From contig JAUCBJ010002811.1 of NCBI GenBank assembly GCA_032718475.1, positions 1 through 64,000 of the forward strand: a stretch of DNA of 64,000 nt, given 5' to 3'. The DNA is from Nemertoderma westbladi. Taxonomy: Eukaryota; Animalia; Xenacoelomorpha. Below, in pieces: positions 62,476 through 64,000 of this stretch; within the stretch, counting starts at the first letter, position 1; the number at the start of each line of letters is the position of its first letter. The position numbers and the translations under genes were made by a program. Below the pieces are notes generated by a model. The model had not been told where the DNA came from. It did not search any database and saw only the letters and a list, made by a program, of their open reading frames with translations.

Positions 62476-64000
62476 GAGTTGTCCGGGAACTATGGAAGGC
62501 AAGAGACTCTTCCTACGACCACCTCCCTAATCCAACAAACATCTAGGGACTCCCCAACGTAACAGCGTCTGGAGTGGGTGTGTGACTCCATTATTTTATT
62601 TTTTTTATTATTTTTATAATTATGTATGTATTATTATGTAATTTTATTATTATAATCGTTTTCTTTAATTTTATTTAATAGAATAATATTTTAACGATTA
62701 TTCAGTAGTTTAGTGCAATATATTCGTGTTTAATACTTAATTACTTAGCATAATATATTTCGTTTAACGGCGAGAAATAATTCATTTTCTCTTTCCTTAC
62801 TGTCCGTATCATATTATAAATACGTGACTACAGTAAGATGAAATGTCTGTACTTATTAAAAGTACAATATACCGCCCCTACTATACTCAAGTATTATTGG
62901 TAAGTAGAGTATTAGGAATACAAAGTTCAGATCTTCGTGTCTCGGCTAAACCAAGCTCTGGTTAGACCTTGGAAATGACTTGCCTCTTCTCACTGACATT
63001 GCTTCTTGCAATATTGCTCTCATACCGTATCTTAAATAATACATATAGTAGAATGATGTCCATTTAACAGCAGCGTTGAAATGCAAAATAAATCTATTAA
63101 ACTCTTTGACCATCTGAAATTGTAGTCGATTAAGATATCGCGGCACCCACCGATATACTTGAAAGACAAAATTCTAGAATCAGTGGTGAACGTCCCCAGA
63201 CATGTTCTGGAATAAATCGGTGCCCATCTTAAATATTAAATATTTAATAAATATTTATAAAATCTGTTAAAACAAATGTTACAATAGAGTAAATGCTGAC
63301 AAATTAACTCTAGAAAATCTATAAATCAAAATCTGTTAAAGTTTAGATCCTCTAAAATTCTAGTCTATTAAGATATCGTAGCACTTACCGATACGATACT
63401 CTTAAAAAGACAAAATTTCTAGAATTAAGGATCCTAGTCCCCAGACATGTTCTGGAATAAAATTGTGTCTATTTAATATCAAATAATAAAATTCGCGGGA
63501 ATAAATTTTAAATTCATATCCTCTCATGAATTTGATAAATTGTCATTTTAAACAATTTATAACATTCACCCTATTAAGTATATTAGTGTGCGAGAATCTC
63601 CAGTGTACAGTCAATAGCCGATAAAATTCATAAAATCATGTATAAGGGGAATATTGACAATTAAAGAATTACTATTACGTATTGTTTCGTTTATTTCTCT
63701 CTTTCAATGTTAAAAATAACCTCCACCTTTGATAAAAATGCATTACTGGTATACAAAATATATTAAACACATACATGTTAGTGTGGACGATTGAGAGCCA
63801 GTTTGTTAATGGTTCGATAACTGAGAACAGAGAGAAAAGGGTGATAACAGAAAAGCCATAGCTTGAAGGTTGCTACCACCGTGAGGGGGACTGGGGGGGG
63901 GGGGGGGGGACTACTGAAGAGACCTACATTGAGAAATTATAAGGGATGTACAACATAATGAGAGATCGAATCTGACTAGATGAAATACCATAGAATAGCT

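Larger units (their letters stand above)
52361..63677 (+). mobile_element. BEL/Pao element C (pol-bearing, degenerate); homology to A stops at about 63677
   Basis: 5' LTR 52361..53468, leader, gag-pol, 3' UTR homologous to A 22097..23169; no 3' LTR in window. Confidence 0.92.

Overview
Eukaryotic (probably invertebrate animal) AT-rich genomic window made almost entirely of nested transposons. The only clear host coding sequence is a GT32/DXD glycosyltransferase on the minus strand running off the left edge (<1..1028, missed by the ORF track). Next come a degenerate Penelope-like element with a minimal hammerhead, an RTE-like LINE RT fragment, and a 103-bp foldback. A Pro-rich/CCHC ORF (Dada-transposase-like) ends just before a tRNA-Lys(CTT) whose 5' acceptor strand is disrupted. 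That ORF is split by a 36-kb insertion (9336..45366, TSD ACCAC): BEL/Pao element B (minus), with sister element A (plus) inserted in its 3' LTR, making a giant tail-to-tail inverted repeat. A carries a nested CsRn1-type Gypsy; B carries a piggyBac fragment and a gag-only BEL-like element D. A third, pol-bearing degenerate BEL (C) with a duplicated 5' end fills the right side. Main novel signal: none of the four BEL-type elements has a tRNA PBS. In each, the 10-11 nt right after the 5' LTR are perfectly complementary to a site inside its own LTR, with compensatory changes between elements. This is the signature of Tf1-like self-primed reverse transcription, here in the BEL/Pao superfamily.
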